Shown: positions 9,068 through 19,916, numbered from the stretch's first letter. The stretch: 64,000 bases of DNA from a candidate division FCPU426 bacterium (GCA_963796105.1 CAWCKJ010000004.1:736001-800000); one strand, 5' to 3'. Numbers and translations: made by a program. Notes: generated by a model from the letters alone, not told the origin.

Positions 9068-11284
9068 CTACTCTTCCCAAAGCCTTTTTCGGGAAAAAAT
9101 CGTTCCCGCCAGCCAGATCATGAGGCCCGCCGGCAGGGGGTAATACCACCAGGGCCGGTAGCGGAATTCCGCCCTGTGCCAGCCCTCGGGAACCGCCAAC
9201 GCTCGGAACAAGGTGTCAGCTGAAAGAATGGGGGCAGGTTTCCCGTCCAGCCAGGCCTTCCAACCGGGATAGTTCACCTGGGAAAACACCACGATATGAT
9301 CCGAGGAGAGTTTCAGGTCGTAAACCTCGCTATTCAAACGCTCCTCCAGCCTTTGGTAAGACAGGCTGACAGGCTTAGGCGCCGGCAGGGTAACACCCTC
9401 CGGCAATGGACCCGTCAGGAAAGCGTCCGTATGGGGATTGAAGTTCTTCGAGGCCATTCCTGACAAGGCCTGGGCGTCATTCTCCGTGGCTTGGAAAGAG
9501 TCGGGCGCGTAAACCAAGGGGCAAGCGTCCTGGAGATTTCCGAAAATGGGTTGTGTAGAGCCGGGATTCGTCTTGTCCTTAACCAGGTAACTTTTGACCG
9601 CGAAGAGACGAGCCCAAGTTTCCACAGGCGTTTTCGTCATCAAGAGGTTTGTTTTCCCATAGGCCATCGCGCTATATCCAAGGACATTTCGAATGCCGAA
9701 CAGACATGTTGCGTCAACCGGGTAGGGGGTGAGGATGGGTTGGCCGAGGGCAAGGGCGGAATAATGGAGGCTGCCGTCCTCCAGCAGGACGCGGGAATGG
9801 TCCACTTCCGTTTTCAACTGGTTGAGTAAAGGCATTTTGCCGGCGAAGTCAAAATTGGAGGCCGGGCCCATGCGGGAAGGACAGGCGTACCAACCCGGAA
9901 GGAGCATGGATAGGAGGATCGAAACAAAGAACCAGCGGATTCCCCAGGGATTTGAAAGCAGGTTCAACCGCCAGAGGATCACCCCCGATAAACCCAGGAG
10001 GAGGGGAATCCACTCAGCCCAGGTCGGTTGGGTCCAAAGGAGGGCCAGCAATAAAAGGACCCCGCCATAGATCACAAGAGTATTCCGAGCCTTCATTGTA
10101 AAACCAATATTTTCAAGATGCTCATAACCCCAAGCAGCCAATACCGAGAGACAGGCAATCGGGACAAAGATGAAACGAAAACTGGCGCGAACCGAATGGA
10201 AGCCCGGGAATCCCGCGCACAGCCAATGAAAAAGCGGGAAATACTTCCCGAGGCTGACGAGAAAAAAGAATGAGCCGAGAAGAACCTGGGGCCACTTCAA
10301 GGGGTGTTTTTTACGCGCGAGGGCCCAGAAAACAAGAAGGGGAAGCCAGAGGCCCGCGTAGCCCGCGTTCGCGTCAAAGGTTTCCCCGGCCCGTACGGGG
10401 GGGCCGAATGGATTGACCGGGAAGAGAAATTGGTAAATGGTTTTCGGGTCGAGGGAATGGCTGGCGTTGAAGGTTGAAAAGTTCAAGGGACCTTGGTAAC
10501 GGTCGCTCAAACGAATGTACTCATAAGAGGGAATGAATAGGATTAAAAGTGGAAGGGCTCCCCAAACCAGGGCCCCGAATACCTTCACCCAGTTCCACGG
10601 GTCAAGTTTATTCCGAGCATTTTTAAGGACGTACCGGTTTCCCAAGCGGGCGAGAACATATAGGGTACCGGCCAGGAAAGCACCCAAGGAAATTTGATAA
10701 CTTCCGCAAAGAAAAAGAATGGCGAAGGAAAGGCCCGCCTTGAAAGCCCGTTTGGGAGTCCATTCCTGGCAAAACCCCTCAAGGGCCAAGAGGAGCCATG
10801 GAAACCAGGCCAAAGCCGCAAGAAGAGGGGGGTGGAGAATTTCCCACCAAAAAATGCCGGATAAGGAATAGGTGATTGCGCCGACGCGTGAGGGGCCATC
10901 CTTCAGACCCAACTTTCGAAGCCAAAGATAAGCCCCCATTCCGGCGATGAAAAAATGGACCAGGTTAAAGAGCGTCATCCCCCACGGAATGGATAAAAGC
11001 AGGCAGGGATATAAGAGCGGGTAAGCCGCCATGGTGTCGGGATGACCCAGGAAGGGAGACCCGCCGAGGATATAGGGATTCCACAAAGGGAACTCGGCTT
11101 TGAGAAGATGTTCTTTGAGGAACTGGCGTAAAACTGAAAAATTCGTGATATCGTCGCTGAAATAAAACTGGTTCGTCAACAAACAGGGAAGAAAAGCCAA
11201 AAGGGCCGCGAGGCCGAAAAAAAGGACCGCGCCGGGAAGTCCCGTAAAAAGAAGGGCCGCGAATCGGGATAACCTTTGGTTCAT
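9068..11284 (-). CDS. YfhO-family GT-C membrane protein
   Basis: PLWNPYILGGSPF N-terminal motif; C-terminal YPGWKAWLDGK..FRALAVPEGWHRAEFRYRP. Confidence 0.88.
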   Translation of the reverse strand: MNQRLSRFAALLFTGLPGAVLFFGLAALLAFLPCLLTNQFYFSDDITNFSVLRQFLKEHLLKAEFPLWNPYILGGSPFLGHPDTMAAYPLLYPCLLLSIPWGMTLFNLVHFFIAGMGAYLWLRKLGLKDGPSRVGAITYSLSGIFWWEILHPPLLAALAWFPWLLLALEGFCQEWTPKRAFKAGLSFAILFLCGSYQISLGAFLAGTLYVLARLGNRYVLKNARNKLDPWNWVKVFGALVWGALPLLILFIPSYEYIRLSDRYQGPLNFSTFNASHSLDPKTIYQFLFPVNPFGPPVRAGETFDANAGYAGLWLPLLVFWALARKKHPLKWPQVLLGSFFFLVSLGKYFPLFHWLCAGFPGFHSVRASFRFIFVPIACLSVLAAWGYEHLENIGFTMKARNTLVIYGGVLLLLALLWTQPTWAEWIPLLLGLSGVILWRLNLLSNPWGIRWFFVSILLSMLLPGWYACPSRMGPASNFDFAGKMPLLNQLKTEVDHSRVLLEDGSLHYSALALGQPILTPYPVDATCLFGIRNVLGYSAMAYGKTNLLMTKTPVETWARLFAVKSYLVKDKTNPGSTQPIFGNLQDACPLVYAPDSFQATENDAQALSGMASKNFNPHTDAFLTGPLPEGVTLPAPKPVSLSYQRLEERLNSEVYDLKLSSDHIVVFSQVNYPGWKAWLDGKPAPILSADTLFRALAVPEGWHRAEFRYRPWWYYPLPAGLMIWLAGTIFSRKRLWEE

Positions 11285-11485
11285 GACCGCATTATAAGGA
11301 ATAATCGCGGTTGTCCGCCGGTTTAATCAACAGGCTGAAAAGCCTTAAATGAGGGTCTTGGGGAGGGATCAACCTAGGGGGCTCGGGGCCCGTTCCCTGC
11401 CCGGAACGAACCCCTCACCCCTGGCTTCGAAAAAGGGATTAAGAACGTTTTTTTTTATTAAACTCTTGGCTCAATAAGGAATCCT

Positions 11486-11866
11486 TTAGTTTGTTGCGTG
11501 CGCCAGTTCCCCTTCGTCCGAACTCACTAATCCTGCCCAGGACCGCGAATCCGGCGCCTTGAGATTTTTGGAACGGCACTCCTCGATCTTTTCCGAGGCT
11601 TGAATCATCAACCTCATGATTTGATCGTAAATATCGGTGGATATTTTCCCGTTCAACGCCAGATCCAGGATGGTTAAAACCTGTTTCCGGCCCTGGATGG
11701 CCCAATCGCTGTCGATTTCCTGGAGCCGGTTCAACCAGAGCTCCATTTCCACGCAGATGTCAAGAATCACGTTCGGCGCCGTACCGTAGGTCAACGAAAG
11801 CTTGGAGCCAAGACTGTCCAATTCCCTTTCCAAATCACCTAATGCCAGATCACTTGTTTTCCTCAT
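11486..11866 (-). CDS. Hypothetical helical protein, translationally coupled to upstream gene
   Basis: GGAGG SD and ATGA overlap with stop of 11863..12399. Confidence 0.6.
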   Translation of the reverse strand: MRKTSDLALGDLERELDSLGSKLSLTYGTAPNVILDICVEMELWLNRLQEIDSDWAIQGRKQVLTILDLALNGKISTDIYDQIMRLMIQASEKIEECRSKNLKAPDSRSWAGLVSSDEGELAHATN

Positions 11867-12399
11867 GTGTTTCCTCCGTTGCCGTTTCCGCCCCGGCCCG
11901 AACGGCTCTTAGTAAGGGCCCAGACCCTTATTTCCAAGGGATGGTTGTCCACCTCGAGGGAACATGAACCCAGCGGGGTTTGGGCTGGCCAACTCCAGGG
12001 CCCGCTGGTGAAAATGAGGAAGGATTGAAAGCCCGTGTGATGGGATTGGGACGAGATCAATCGCTGGCAGAAAAGCCGGACCAGCCGATCGAAAGCTTCT
12101 TCCACGGTGGGATATTTACCTGACCCGCTCGAAACCGATCGTGACAGGGAAAGGCCAAGATCCCAGCCGGCTCGCAATACCACTAAACCATTGGATTTCC
12201 CGGTGAGATGGACGCTTTTTTCCAGGGGCAACTCCATTAATTCCTCGGGTGTCCCTAGGTAATGAGCGGGCGGATGGTGGGTGAATTTCAAGGCTTCATC
12301 GAGGGATTCCAACAAGAGATGTCCGGCCCAAAGAAAGCCTTCGCGGACTGGGGCCGCTTTGGTCATAAGATTCCCAGAAGGATACAATCGAACCTCCAA
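11863..12399 (-). CDS. Degenerate CheX-like protein
   Basis: SVHLTGKSNGLVVLR..LGLSLS..VEEAFDRLVRLFC resembles the CheX fold but lacks ExxN. Confidence 0.5.
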   Translation of the reverse strand: MEVRLYPSGNLMTKAAPVREGFLWAGHLLLESLDEALKFTHHPPAHYLGTPEELMELPLEKSVHLTGKSNGLVVLRAGWDLGLSLSRSVSSGSGKYPTVEEAFDRLVRLFCQRLISSQSHHTGFQSFLIFTSGPWSWPAQTPLGSCSLEVDNHPLEIRVWALTKSRSGRGGNGNGGNT

Positions 12400-12456
12400 A
12401 AATAAGATGAATAAGGAGTGGGCGTTGATCGCGGAATGAATTTCTAAATATTAAAA

Positions 12457-12473
12457 AGCAAACAGCGTGCCAA
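12457..12473 (-). promoter_or_regulatory. Sigma-54 (-24/-12) promoter
   Basis: Minus strand TTGGCACGCTGTTTGCT matches TGGCAC-N5-TTGCT, ~60 nt upstream of 12399. Confidence 0.85.
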
Positions 12474-12669
12474 CAGCTTGGAGGAAAAAACCTGAGAAAA
12501 ACCTGGGGTTTCTTGTGCTGGAAACTTTCTTAAATGGGGTGCGTTTACTCAAACCGAGTAATCGATTCTCAATTGGGGACAAACTGAGACCATCAAGGAG
12601 GTTTAAATCAAGGGACAAAAAATGTGGTCCATTCGATTAACCGAAAAAACGAAAATCCCACCCTGGTTT

Positions 12670-13230
12670 TCAGGATTGTTTTTTGAAAAACCTATCCAGC
12701 TGGGCGAAAGTGTTCTTGGCGAAAAGAACCACGAGGCCCATCCCCAGGAACAAGAGATCCCGGACAATGGTCAGCCAGGTGATCTTCTCGTTCGGGTCCC
12801 CTAGCCCGCATCCGCACCCGATTTCTATACCGCGCACGAAGGCCCAGCTGATGGAGAGCGAATACACCGCCATCAAGCCGCAGAAGATCACAACCGCCCC
12901 TCGCCAACCGATCCCCAATACCAGCGCGGCGCCTGAGAAGAACTCCACCCAGGGGATGACGATGGCCGCCAGGGGAACCAATTGCGGGGGAAGGGTGTGG
13001 TAGTCGGCCACTTCCTGGATGAAGGCGGACGGCTCCACCAGCTTGTCATGCGTGGAGTAAAAAAGGATAAGGCCGCAAACCACCCTCAAAAGGGTCACAG
13101 CCGCGATCTCGCCGTTGGTCGGACCGGTTTTCCGGGAAGCGGGGCCAAAGCGCGCCCAGGCCCAGAAAACCAAAAGCAAGGCGCTTACCGCGCACAAGCC
13201 GGGGTCGTTCATGATTTGGCGGAATATCAT
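12670..13230 (-). CDS. MauE/DoxX-family membrane protein
   Basis: LRVVCGLILFYS..K, IPWVEFFSG, GIEIGCGCG, IVRDLL; ATGA overlap with the rhodanese gene. Confidence 0.88.
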   Translation of the reverse strand: MIFRQIMNDPGLCAVSALLLVFWAWARFGPASRKTGPTNGEIAAVTLLRVVCGLILFYSTHDKLVEPSAFIQEVADYHTLPPQLVPLAAIVIPWVEFFSGAALVLGIGWRGAVVIFCGLMAVYSLSISWAFVRGIEIGCGCGLGDPNEKITWLTIVRDLLFLGMGLVVLFAKNTFAQLDRFFKKQS

Positions 13231-13886
13231 GGGCGTTCCCCCTTGCGGGAGGGATATCCGGCCTTTTTCCATTCAGGCCATCCTCCCAGGTAAACTTCCA
13301 CTTGTTGGTAGCCCTGGGCGATGAGGCTTTTGGCCACCTCAAGGGCTAGGTCGCAATCCCCCCCGTGGCAATAGCAAACCACATCCTGGTTCTTGTCCGG
13401 CAATCGGGGCATCACGATGGGCGCGAACTTATCCATCTCGTTGGCGAAAAAATTAAGGGCTCCCAGTATGTGGCCGTCCTGGTATTCCTCAGGCTTGCGC
13501 GCGTCGAGAAAAATGGCTTTCTTGCCGTCGAATCTTTTCTTGGCCCCGATCAAGGTGATGCGGGAGACATTATCTCGCGGGGAATTCTGCGCCTGGGCTT
13601 GGACTTGTGTCTTGGGTTTGGAGCCGCCTGAAATATTCCATCCAGCCGGGGCCTCCGTAGAGGAATTGCCGGAAGGATTGGAATTCAAGATTTTTTGCAG
13701 GGAAAGTTTCTTCACCGGCTTGTACTTGAGTTCGATACCGTCGGGATAAAAAGCGTTGAACAAAAGGGCGAAGGCGGCTGAAAAAACCACGAGGTTCCAG
13801 GCCTCCAGGATCGTCCCCTTGAGGGGAAAAGCCCGGGAGGGTTGGGAGGTTGGGCTAAGTTGAATCGGTGATTTTCTGGGGCTCAT
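13227..13886 (-). CDS. Membrane-anchored rhodanese-domain protein
   Basis: FLDARKPEEYQDGHILGA, VVCYCHGGDC, YLGGWPEWKKAGYP. Confidence 0.9.
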   Translation of the reverse strand: MSPRKSPIQLSPTSQPSRAFPLKGTILEAWNLVVFSAAFALLFNAFYPDGIELKYKPVKKLSLQKILNSNPSGNSSTEAPAGWNISGGSKPKTQVQAQAQNSPRDNVSRITLIGAKKRFDGKKAIFLDARKPEEYQDGHILGALNFFANEMDKFAPIVMPRLPDKNQDVVCYCHGGDCDLALEVAKSLIAQGYQQVEVYLGGWPEWKKAGYPSRKGERP

Positions 13887-14127
13887 GGTTCTTTATTGTA
13901 AGCGAAACGACTCATCCATTTGTACCCGGATATGAATTTGGAATGGGTTGATTGTTAATTTTGTTCCTAAATAAATTAAGCTTTTACTCCGTGCGGTGAA
14001 TCCCCAGGTTGGTTGAAGTTCCGGAGCAATAATTTGTAATCCATGCTTCCGAAAATCATTATCAATTGTCGTTCATGTTTATTCTTTAAAACCCCACGAA
14101 ATGGCCTTTGTTTCCCGTTTAACCTTA

Positions 14128-14156
14128 TTGACCACTCCTCCCTTGGGGGGTACCAT
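14128..14156 (+). promoter_or_regulatory. Sigma-70-type promoter for the lipoprotein gene
   Basis: TTGACC-17 nt-TACCAT. Confidence 0.6.
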
Positions 14157-14247
14157 TTAGAAGTTGATCCAACCATTTCGGAAGGTTTCCAAAGGGTCGA
14201 TGTCATCCCTTCCGAATATTAAATCAGCTCATCTTCGGAGGTTTTCC

Positions 14248-16440
14248 ATGCACCGATTTACTAAAAAAAATAAAATTGAAATCGGTGCTATACCGACCTC
14301 TTTGAAAGCCTCGCGGAAAGTCGGCATGAAGCACAGCTATCTCTGGTTTTACATTCTCTTTTTGGGAATCACGGCGTCAGTCATCGGAGCCTGCAGTTCC
14401 GGAAACAGCCCCAGTTCCCCCAACCCCCCGGCCGCCACCAGTACACCCACGGTCACCAACACTCCCTGCACGGATTTGTCCGGCAATACCTGCACCTACA
14501 CCTCCACCTTCACCTCGACCAACACCGCCACGTCCACGCCCACGAACACGCCCACGAACAGCCCAACTGATACCTTCTCCCCCACCCCGACCAATACTTT
14601 TACGGACACCCGCACACCCACAGAAACCTATACCCCGACGCAAACTTTTACCCAGACTGATACACCGACCATTACCGATACACCGACTATCACAAACTCG
14701 CCGACGATCACGAATACGCCGACCATTACCAATACACCCACGATAACCTTTACACCTCCCCCGACCGCGACTCCGACGAACAGCCCCACCTATACCTACA
14801 CCTCGTTATACACACCCACCCAAACCAGCACCCCCACGAAAACACCCACTCTAACCGGTGTTCCCACCCAAACCGGAACCCCCACGAAAACCCTCACACC
14901 CACCATCTCCAGGACACCCACAAAAACAAGCACTCCGACTAATACAGCCACGCCAACCGTCGGGTCTTATGTCATCAAGGGCACGGTTCAATACGGCGGG
15001 GGAAACAGCCCCACGGGAAAATACCTGGTGGTGTACGCGACCACCAGCCTTAACGGGGGCAACGGTGTTTTTTGGTCGGCACCGGCGAAGACAGGGGCCG
15101 TTTCCTATCTTCTCAGCGTTCCCTCGACAGGTGATTACGAGCTCCTGGCCTTCTGGACTGGAGTCCAAAGTTTTGGAGGTAACGGGAACGGGAACAATAA
15201 CGGCGGGCCGGCCGTGGGTGATCCCTATGGGGTTTACGCTGGCGCTCCGGGTACTAACGCCTGCCTAGGCGTCACTACAACCGCACCAACAACATTCAGT
15301 TTCACGGCGCCCCAGACTTTATCCGCCAATGTTTCCTTCGGCAATAACTGCGAGCTTTACGGGGTTTCCGGCCCTGTCACCTACACCGGCATCGGCGGGG
15401 TCAATAATAATAATACATTAAATGTCGTCGGCTACTCCGACAGCAACTATTCAGTCACCCTCCAGGGCGGGAACAAAGGGGTAGCGACGAATGGCGGCAC
15501 CTATAGCGTTCTCAACCTCTCCGGCGCCGCCACGATCTGGCTCCAAGCCTATTACGACCAAACGGGAAACGGCGGCGACAGCGTGTCCAACTGCGATCCC
15601 GTGACGAACTGGGGTCCCGTGTCCGTGGGAAACTCGGTGGTCACAAATTATGGCGTCACCCTGTCCGACGCAACTTTGTATAACTGCTCAAATAGCCTGT
15701 CCGGCACCGTCACTTATGCCGTCAACGGTGCGGTCGTGAACGCGAACGATCCCATTCTGGTGCGGGCCGTCACGATCGGCACCTGCGGGGGAGGGGGCGG
15801 CACCTGCTCCAACACCGTGGCGATATGCGCGGTGACCCAAAACGGGGGTGGGTATTTCATGGGCCTTCCCGCTGGCTCCTATTATGTCACGGAAGAATAC
15901 GTGGCCGACGCTGGGGCCTCTTGGGGTAATTCATCCTACGCCATCGGCAGTTATGTCCAAAACTCCGATCCAGCCAACCCCTGTTGCGGACCCAATTGGA
16001 ACGGCTATGGCAGCCCCATCGCGGTGAGTGGGAATTCCGTCTCGAACCTGAGTTTCGATGATTCCTGCGGGCAAATCCAGGGATATATCGGAACCCTGAA
16101 CTATACCGGTTCGAAGGGGACCCCTTACTGTAACAACGGCCCTGGCACCCAGATTTTCGTCATGGCCGTCACCCAGACAGGCGAGGATAACGAGTCAAAC
16201 ACCTTCGCGAATGTCTGCACTAATGGCGATACCTTTGCCATCCAGTTTGGCGGTTTATGCGGTTCCAGCGAAACTCAAAGTTATTACTTAAGGGCTTGGT
16301 TCGACTCCGCGGGGGTGAACGCAACGAGTTGCTGCCAAGGCCCGGTTTCCGGTGAACCCTGGACCGTGGTGGGGCCCTTTAACAGCAGCACCAATCCGTC
16401 TTCCATCAACATTTCTTTTGGCGACAGTCACCTCTGGTAA
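14248..16440 (+). CDS. Thr/Pro-rich lipoprotein with repeated Cys-containing beta-sandwich domains (start 14248 or 14326)
   Basis: Lipobox [11 protein letters not shown]; ~170-aa TxTP linker; repeated G(T/P)VTY..L.V..Y units. Confidence 0.85.
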   Translation: MHRFTKKNKIEIGAIPTSLKASRKVGMKHSYLWFYILFLGITASVIGACSSGNSPSSPNPPAATSTPTVTNTPCTDLSGNTCTYTSTFTSTNTATSTPTNTPTNSPTDTFSPTPTNTFTDTRTPTETYTPTQTFTQTDTPTITDTPTITNSPTITNTPTITNTPTITFTPPPTATPTNSPTYTYTSLYTPTQTSTPTKTPTLTGVPTQTGTPTKTLTPTISRTPTKTSTPTNTATPTVGSYVIKGTVQYGGGNSPTGKYLVVYATTSLNGGNGVFWSAPAKTGAVSYLLSVPSTGDYELLAFWTGVQSFGGNGNGNNNGGPAVGDPYGVYAGAPGTNACLGVTTTAPTTFSFTAPQTLSANVSFGNNCELYGVSGPVTYTGIGGVNNNNTLNVVGYSDSNYSVTLQGGNKGVATNGGTYSVLNLSGAATIWLQAYYDQTGNGGDSVSNCDPVTNWGPVSVGNSVVTNYGVTLSDATLYNCSNSLSGTVTYAVNGAVVNANDPILVRAVTIGTCGGGGGTCSNTVAICAVTQNGGGYFMGLPAGSYYVTEEYVADAGASWGNSSYAIGSYVQNSDPANPCCGPNWNGYGSPIAVSGNSVSNLSFDDSCGQIQGYIGTLNYTGSKGTPYCNNGPGTQIFVMAVTQTGEDNESNTFANVCTNGDTFAIQFGGLCGSSETQSYYLRAWFDSAGVNATSCCQGPVSGEPWTVVGPFNSSTNPSSINISFGDSHLW

Positions 16441-16449
16441 GAGAATTTT

Positions 16450-16481
16450 AAAAGCCCGGACCGGATGGTCCGGGCTTTTTT
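16450..16481 (+). terminator. Intrinsic terminator
   Basis: aaaagcccggacc-ggat-ggtccgggctttttt. Confidence 0.88.
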
Positions 16482-16622
16482 GCGTCTTTTTACTTCGTTT
16501 GTATTTAAGCCTTTTTGACCTATTTAAGAAAATAGAAGTGTGTTGGAGGAAGTTCCTCTGTGGTAGATTGGTCCGGTTGTGTTTTCGTTGGAAATCTTGT
16601 GAAAAAACAAAGGAGATTTATT

Positions 16623-17603
16623 ATGGGGAGATTCATGTGTTGCCTGACGGTCCTTTCATTTCTGGCGGCGGGAACCGCCTTGGCTGATGATTCCGCGGCT
16701 TCCAACGCCGCTCCTTCCCCCACTCCTGCGGTAAAGCACCATAAGAAAAAGGCTTCCGCCCAGGCGGCCCCCACGGCCACGGTCCAGGTGACGCCGGTTG
16801 TGACTTCCTCTGCCGCGCCCGGCTCCAAGAAAGCCTCGGGCCTGAAAAAACCCCTGGTGAAGGAAAAAGTTTTGGCCGCGCCTCCCCCCGCCGATGATCT
16901 GCTGGTGGAGGGCAACAAGGCCTTCGACGCCGGGGAATGGTCCAAAGCCGCCGCGGCCTTCCGCGCTTATACGGACAAGCACGGGAAAATCCCCGAAGTC
17001 CTGAAAAAACTCTATCTCGCGGAATTCCGCGAGGGGGAAAGCCTGATCGGGGAGGCCCGGGACGGCTTCCGCTTGGACGAGAAAACCATCCCCATGGACG
17101 GGGAAACCCACAACCTGATGGTTTATGGCAAGAAGGAGCCGGCCCGCTCGGCCCATCCCTTCACGATCAGTTTGGCCATCCTGACCCCGGCCGTGCTCGG
17201 TATCGACCTGGGTTACACCATCGCGGCCCATTGGAACGTGGGACTCGGGGTGGGACTCATCGGCTTCAACCCGCGCCTGAAATATTACCTGGCAGGCGAC
17301 GTCTCCTCCTTCTTCCTGACGGGCGGCTACGCCTCCTTCAACACCGGCACCTTGTCGATTAACGTCAACAGCGGGAACGGTAACAACGGGTCGGGTTCCC
17401 TCACGGGCGACTTCACTTACCTTGGTTTCGGCCACTCCTTCGTGGGTTCCGACGGCAGTTTCCTGGAAGCGGAGTTCGACTTGGGCGGCGCCAATCTTTC
17501 GGGCCAAGGCACCGGCGGCAACAACAACGGGTCCGGCTCTGGGAATTTCAACTACAACGGGGTCTTCGGCATGCTGGGCTTCCGCTTGGGCTTCGCCATC
17601 TAA
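16623..17603 (+). CDS. Secreted TPR + C-terminal outer-membrane beta-barrel protein
   Basis: Signal peptide (ALA-DD), Ala/Pro/Lys linker, TPR-like helix pair, amphipathic beta-strands ending GFRLGFAI; paralogue of 35976..36953. Confidence 0.72.
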   Translation: MGRFMCCLTVLSFLAAGTALADDSAASNAAPSPTPAVKHHKKKASAQAAPTATVQVTPVVTSSAAPGSKKASGLKKPLVKEKVLAAPPPADDLLVEGNKAFDAGEWSKAAAAFRAYTDKHGKIPEVLKKLYLAEFREGESLIGEARDGFRLDEKTIPMDGETHNLMVYGKKEPARSAHPFTISLAILTPAVLGIDLGYTIAAHWNVGLGVGLIGFNPRLKYYLAGDVSSFFLTGGYASFNTGTLSINVNSGNGNNGSGSLTGDFTYLGFGHSFVGSDGSFLEAEFDLGGANLSGQGTGGNNNGSGSGNFNYNGVFGMLGFRLGFAI

Positions 17604-17697
17604 GCCTCGTTGACCCGTCCTAAAACCGGGGCTACCATGGGAAGTGAAATCCGATTCAAGTTTTAAAAATCGGACTTCCTGACCGCGGTAAACGACC

Positions 17698-19863
17698 TTG
17701 ATCAAACCTTTCAACTGCTTTCTGCTTCTCACGGGCCTGAACGCCCTGCTGGCCTATTCCCCCTTGGCCTGGCCCCTCAAGCTCGCCATCGGTGTCTTGG
17801 GATTCGGGACCCTGGGATGGTTTTATTTTAAAAACCGCGTCCCCGCTCCCATGGGCGGAAATCCCCTTGACGCCCAGGATATTTTCAATCCCGCGTCTTG
17901 GATAACGGCCTTAGTGCTGTTGCTGGCCCTGGTCGTCCGCCTCTACAAACTCACTTCCACCCTGGGCTTTCCCATCCCGGATGAGGTCATCAACGCCTAC
18001 AACGCCGTCCATACCAACATCCGGGGGAATTGGGACTTTTTTTACTACACCAGCCAAATGCCCCCTTTCTATATCTGGCTTTTGGCTTGCGTCTTCAAGC
18101 TCGGCGGAGTCTCCAGCCTCAACCTCTGGCTTGTGCCGGCCTTGTTGTCCTTCCTCAGCGTGGTTTTTTATGACTTGGCCTTCCGGGAATTTTTTCCCCG
18201 TTCCTTCTCTTTTGTTTGCCTCCTCCTGTTGGCCGTTGGATTCTGGCCGGTTTTCCTGGGGCGGTTTTCCCATAACGCGGTCCTCATGGTTTTCTGGGAA
18301 TCCCTGGCCCTATGGCTTCTCGCCAAATTCTCCAAAGCCAATCATTCACGGAGCCTGGCAGGTCTCGCGACCGGCTTGGGCCTTTGGGGCGGTTTGGGTT
18401 TCTACACTTATTTCGGGTGGGTCCTGGTGGTTTTATGGCTCATTCCGGCCTTCTGGGTCCTATGCGCGCGCCTGGGAAAAAGGGGGATAAGAATTTTTGC
18501 CCTGGGCCTGGCCGCCGCCCTTTTCTCAATCCTGCCCCTGGCCGCCGCGGCTTGGAAGGATGGTTTCGGCGACTATCTCAAGGACCTTTTCCTCACCGGC
18601 CGGCTGGCCGAGAACACCCTGCAATGGAACATCCGCGAGAATCTTTATTACCTCACCAGCCTCCTTTGGACCGGCTCCACCACCCAATTCGCCTATAACC
18701 CGCAGTGGGGCGGCTTCCTGAATCCCATCCTGGGAAGCCTTTTTCTCCTGGGTCTGGCCGGGATGTTCCGCTCCCGCTCCCTCCCTTGGGTGAAATGGCT
18801 GGCCTGGGGCTTCGCCGTTCTCCTGATCCCCTGCCTCTTCACCCACAGCGCCAACTGGTACCACCTCGCCGCCTTGATGCCCCTTTTTATCGGCGTGACC
18901 GCCTGGGGCTTCGCCTCCCTCTGGCCTTCCCTACCCGGGGGTTCGGCCCGGCTCCCCCTGGTCCTGGGACTTTTTCTTCTTTCCTTCCTCTTGGATGGAG
19001 CCAACCTGGAAAAAAGCATGGGGGCCGCTGAAAACGAGTATTGCGCCTCAAATTCCACCGTGACGGTCTGCAAGAACTTGGAAGATCTCAGCCGGACGAA
19101 CGGTCCCGGCTTGGTTTACTCCGACTTTTGCCTGGACTTCAACAATTCAGTAATCACTTTTGTTGCCGATTCCTCGGGCCAGATCAATTCCGCTCTTTTC
19201 ACAAGCCACTGGTTTCCCTGCTACACGGCCCTCGGGACCTATTCCTTCAACGCCCGCTTGAACCAGGGCCTCGATCCCTCCCGGGCAACCTGGGCCGCCC
19301 TGACAACCGACCAATGGGCCCAGCCCCTTTTATCGCATTGGTTTTCCCACGCGGAATTCTACACAAGGGAGATCCACACCCCCTCGGACAACAGCCTGCT
19401 GGCTCTCATCCCCCTCACGCCCGAGAACCGGAAAATCCTGGACAGCTGGGGGGACGCGGACCAGGCCTTGCGGGATTCGGATTACCTCCAGTTCAACCAT
19501 CCCTACCTCCAGCCTTACGACTCTATCATCGCCTTTCTCAAGGGCAAGGAAACCCTGTTCCAGGACAACCCTTTCCTGCGGTTTTACTATTGGGGCAAGC
19601 TCGCGGATCTTTACTACATGAACAAGCAGTACGACCTGGCCATCCCGGCTTTCCAAAAAGCCTTCCAGAACGGGGAGAACGGCTTTTTGTTTTACGACTT
19701 GTCCCGGGTCCTCGGCATCGGCAAGCGCTACGCCGATTCGAAACAGGCGATTCTCCGCGCGGCTAAATGGGACTCCTACTTCCAGCCCTCGGACGATGTC
19801 CTTCGGATGCTGGACGCCCTTGCGGCTAAAAACCCTCCTCCCCCCTCCGGGGCGGGAAAATAA
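17698..19863 (+). CDS. GT-C (ArnT/PMT_2-like) membrane glycosyltransferase with C-terminal TPR
   Basis: RLYKLT..PIPDE, MPPFYIW, PQWGGFLNPILG, C-terminal TPRs. Confidence 0.82.
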   Translation: MIKPFNCFLLLTGLNALLAYSPLAWPLKLAIGVLGFGTLGWFYFKNRVPAPMGGNPLDAQDIFNPASWITALVLLLALVVRLYKLTSTLGFPIPDEVINAYNAVHTNIRGNWDFFYYTSQMPPFYIWLLACVFKLGGVSSLNLWLVPALLSFLSVVFYDLAFREFFPRSFSFVCLLLLAVGFWPVFLGRFSHNAVLMVFWESLALWLLAKFSKANHSRSLAGLATGLGLWGGLGFYTYFGWVLVVLWLIPAFWVLCARLGKRGIRIFALGLAAALFSILPLAAAAWKDGFGDYLKDLFLTGRLAENTLQWNIRENLYYLTSLLWTGSTTQFAYNPQWGGFLNPILGSLFLLGLAGMFRSRSLPWVKWLAWGFAVLLIPCLFTHSANWYHLAALMPLFIGVTAWGFASLWPSLPGGSARLPLVLGLFLLSFLLDGANLEKSMGAAENEYCASNSTVTVCKNLEDLSRTNGPGLVYSDFCLDFNNSVITFVADSSGQINSALFTSHWFPCYTALGTYSFNARLNQGLDPSRATWAALTTDQWAQPLLSHWFSHAEFYTREIHTPSDNSLLALIPLTPENRKILDSWGDADQALRDSDYLQFNHPYLQPYDSIIAFLKGKETLFQDNPFLRFYYWGKLADLYYMNKQYDLAIPAFQKAFQNGENGFLFYDLSRVLGIGKRYADSKQAILRAAKWDSYFQPSDDVLRMLDALAAKNPPPPSGAGK

Positions 19864-19916
19864 TTTTCCACTTGGAACCAGTTGGTATCTCCCTCCCCTT
19901 TGGATAAGATGGCCGC

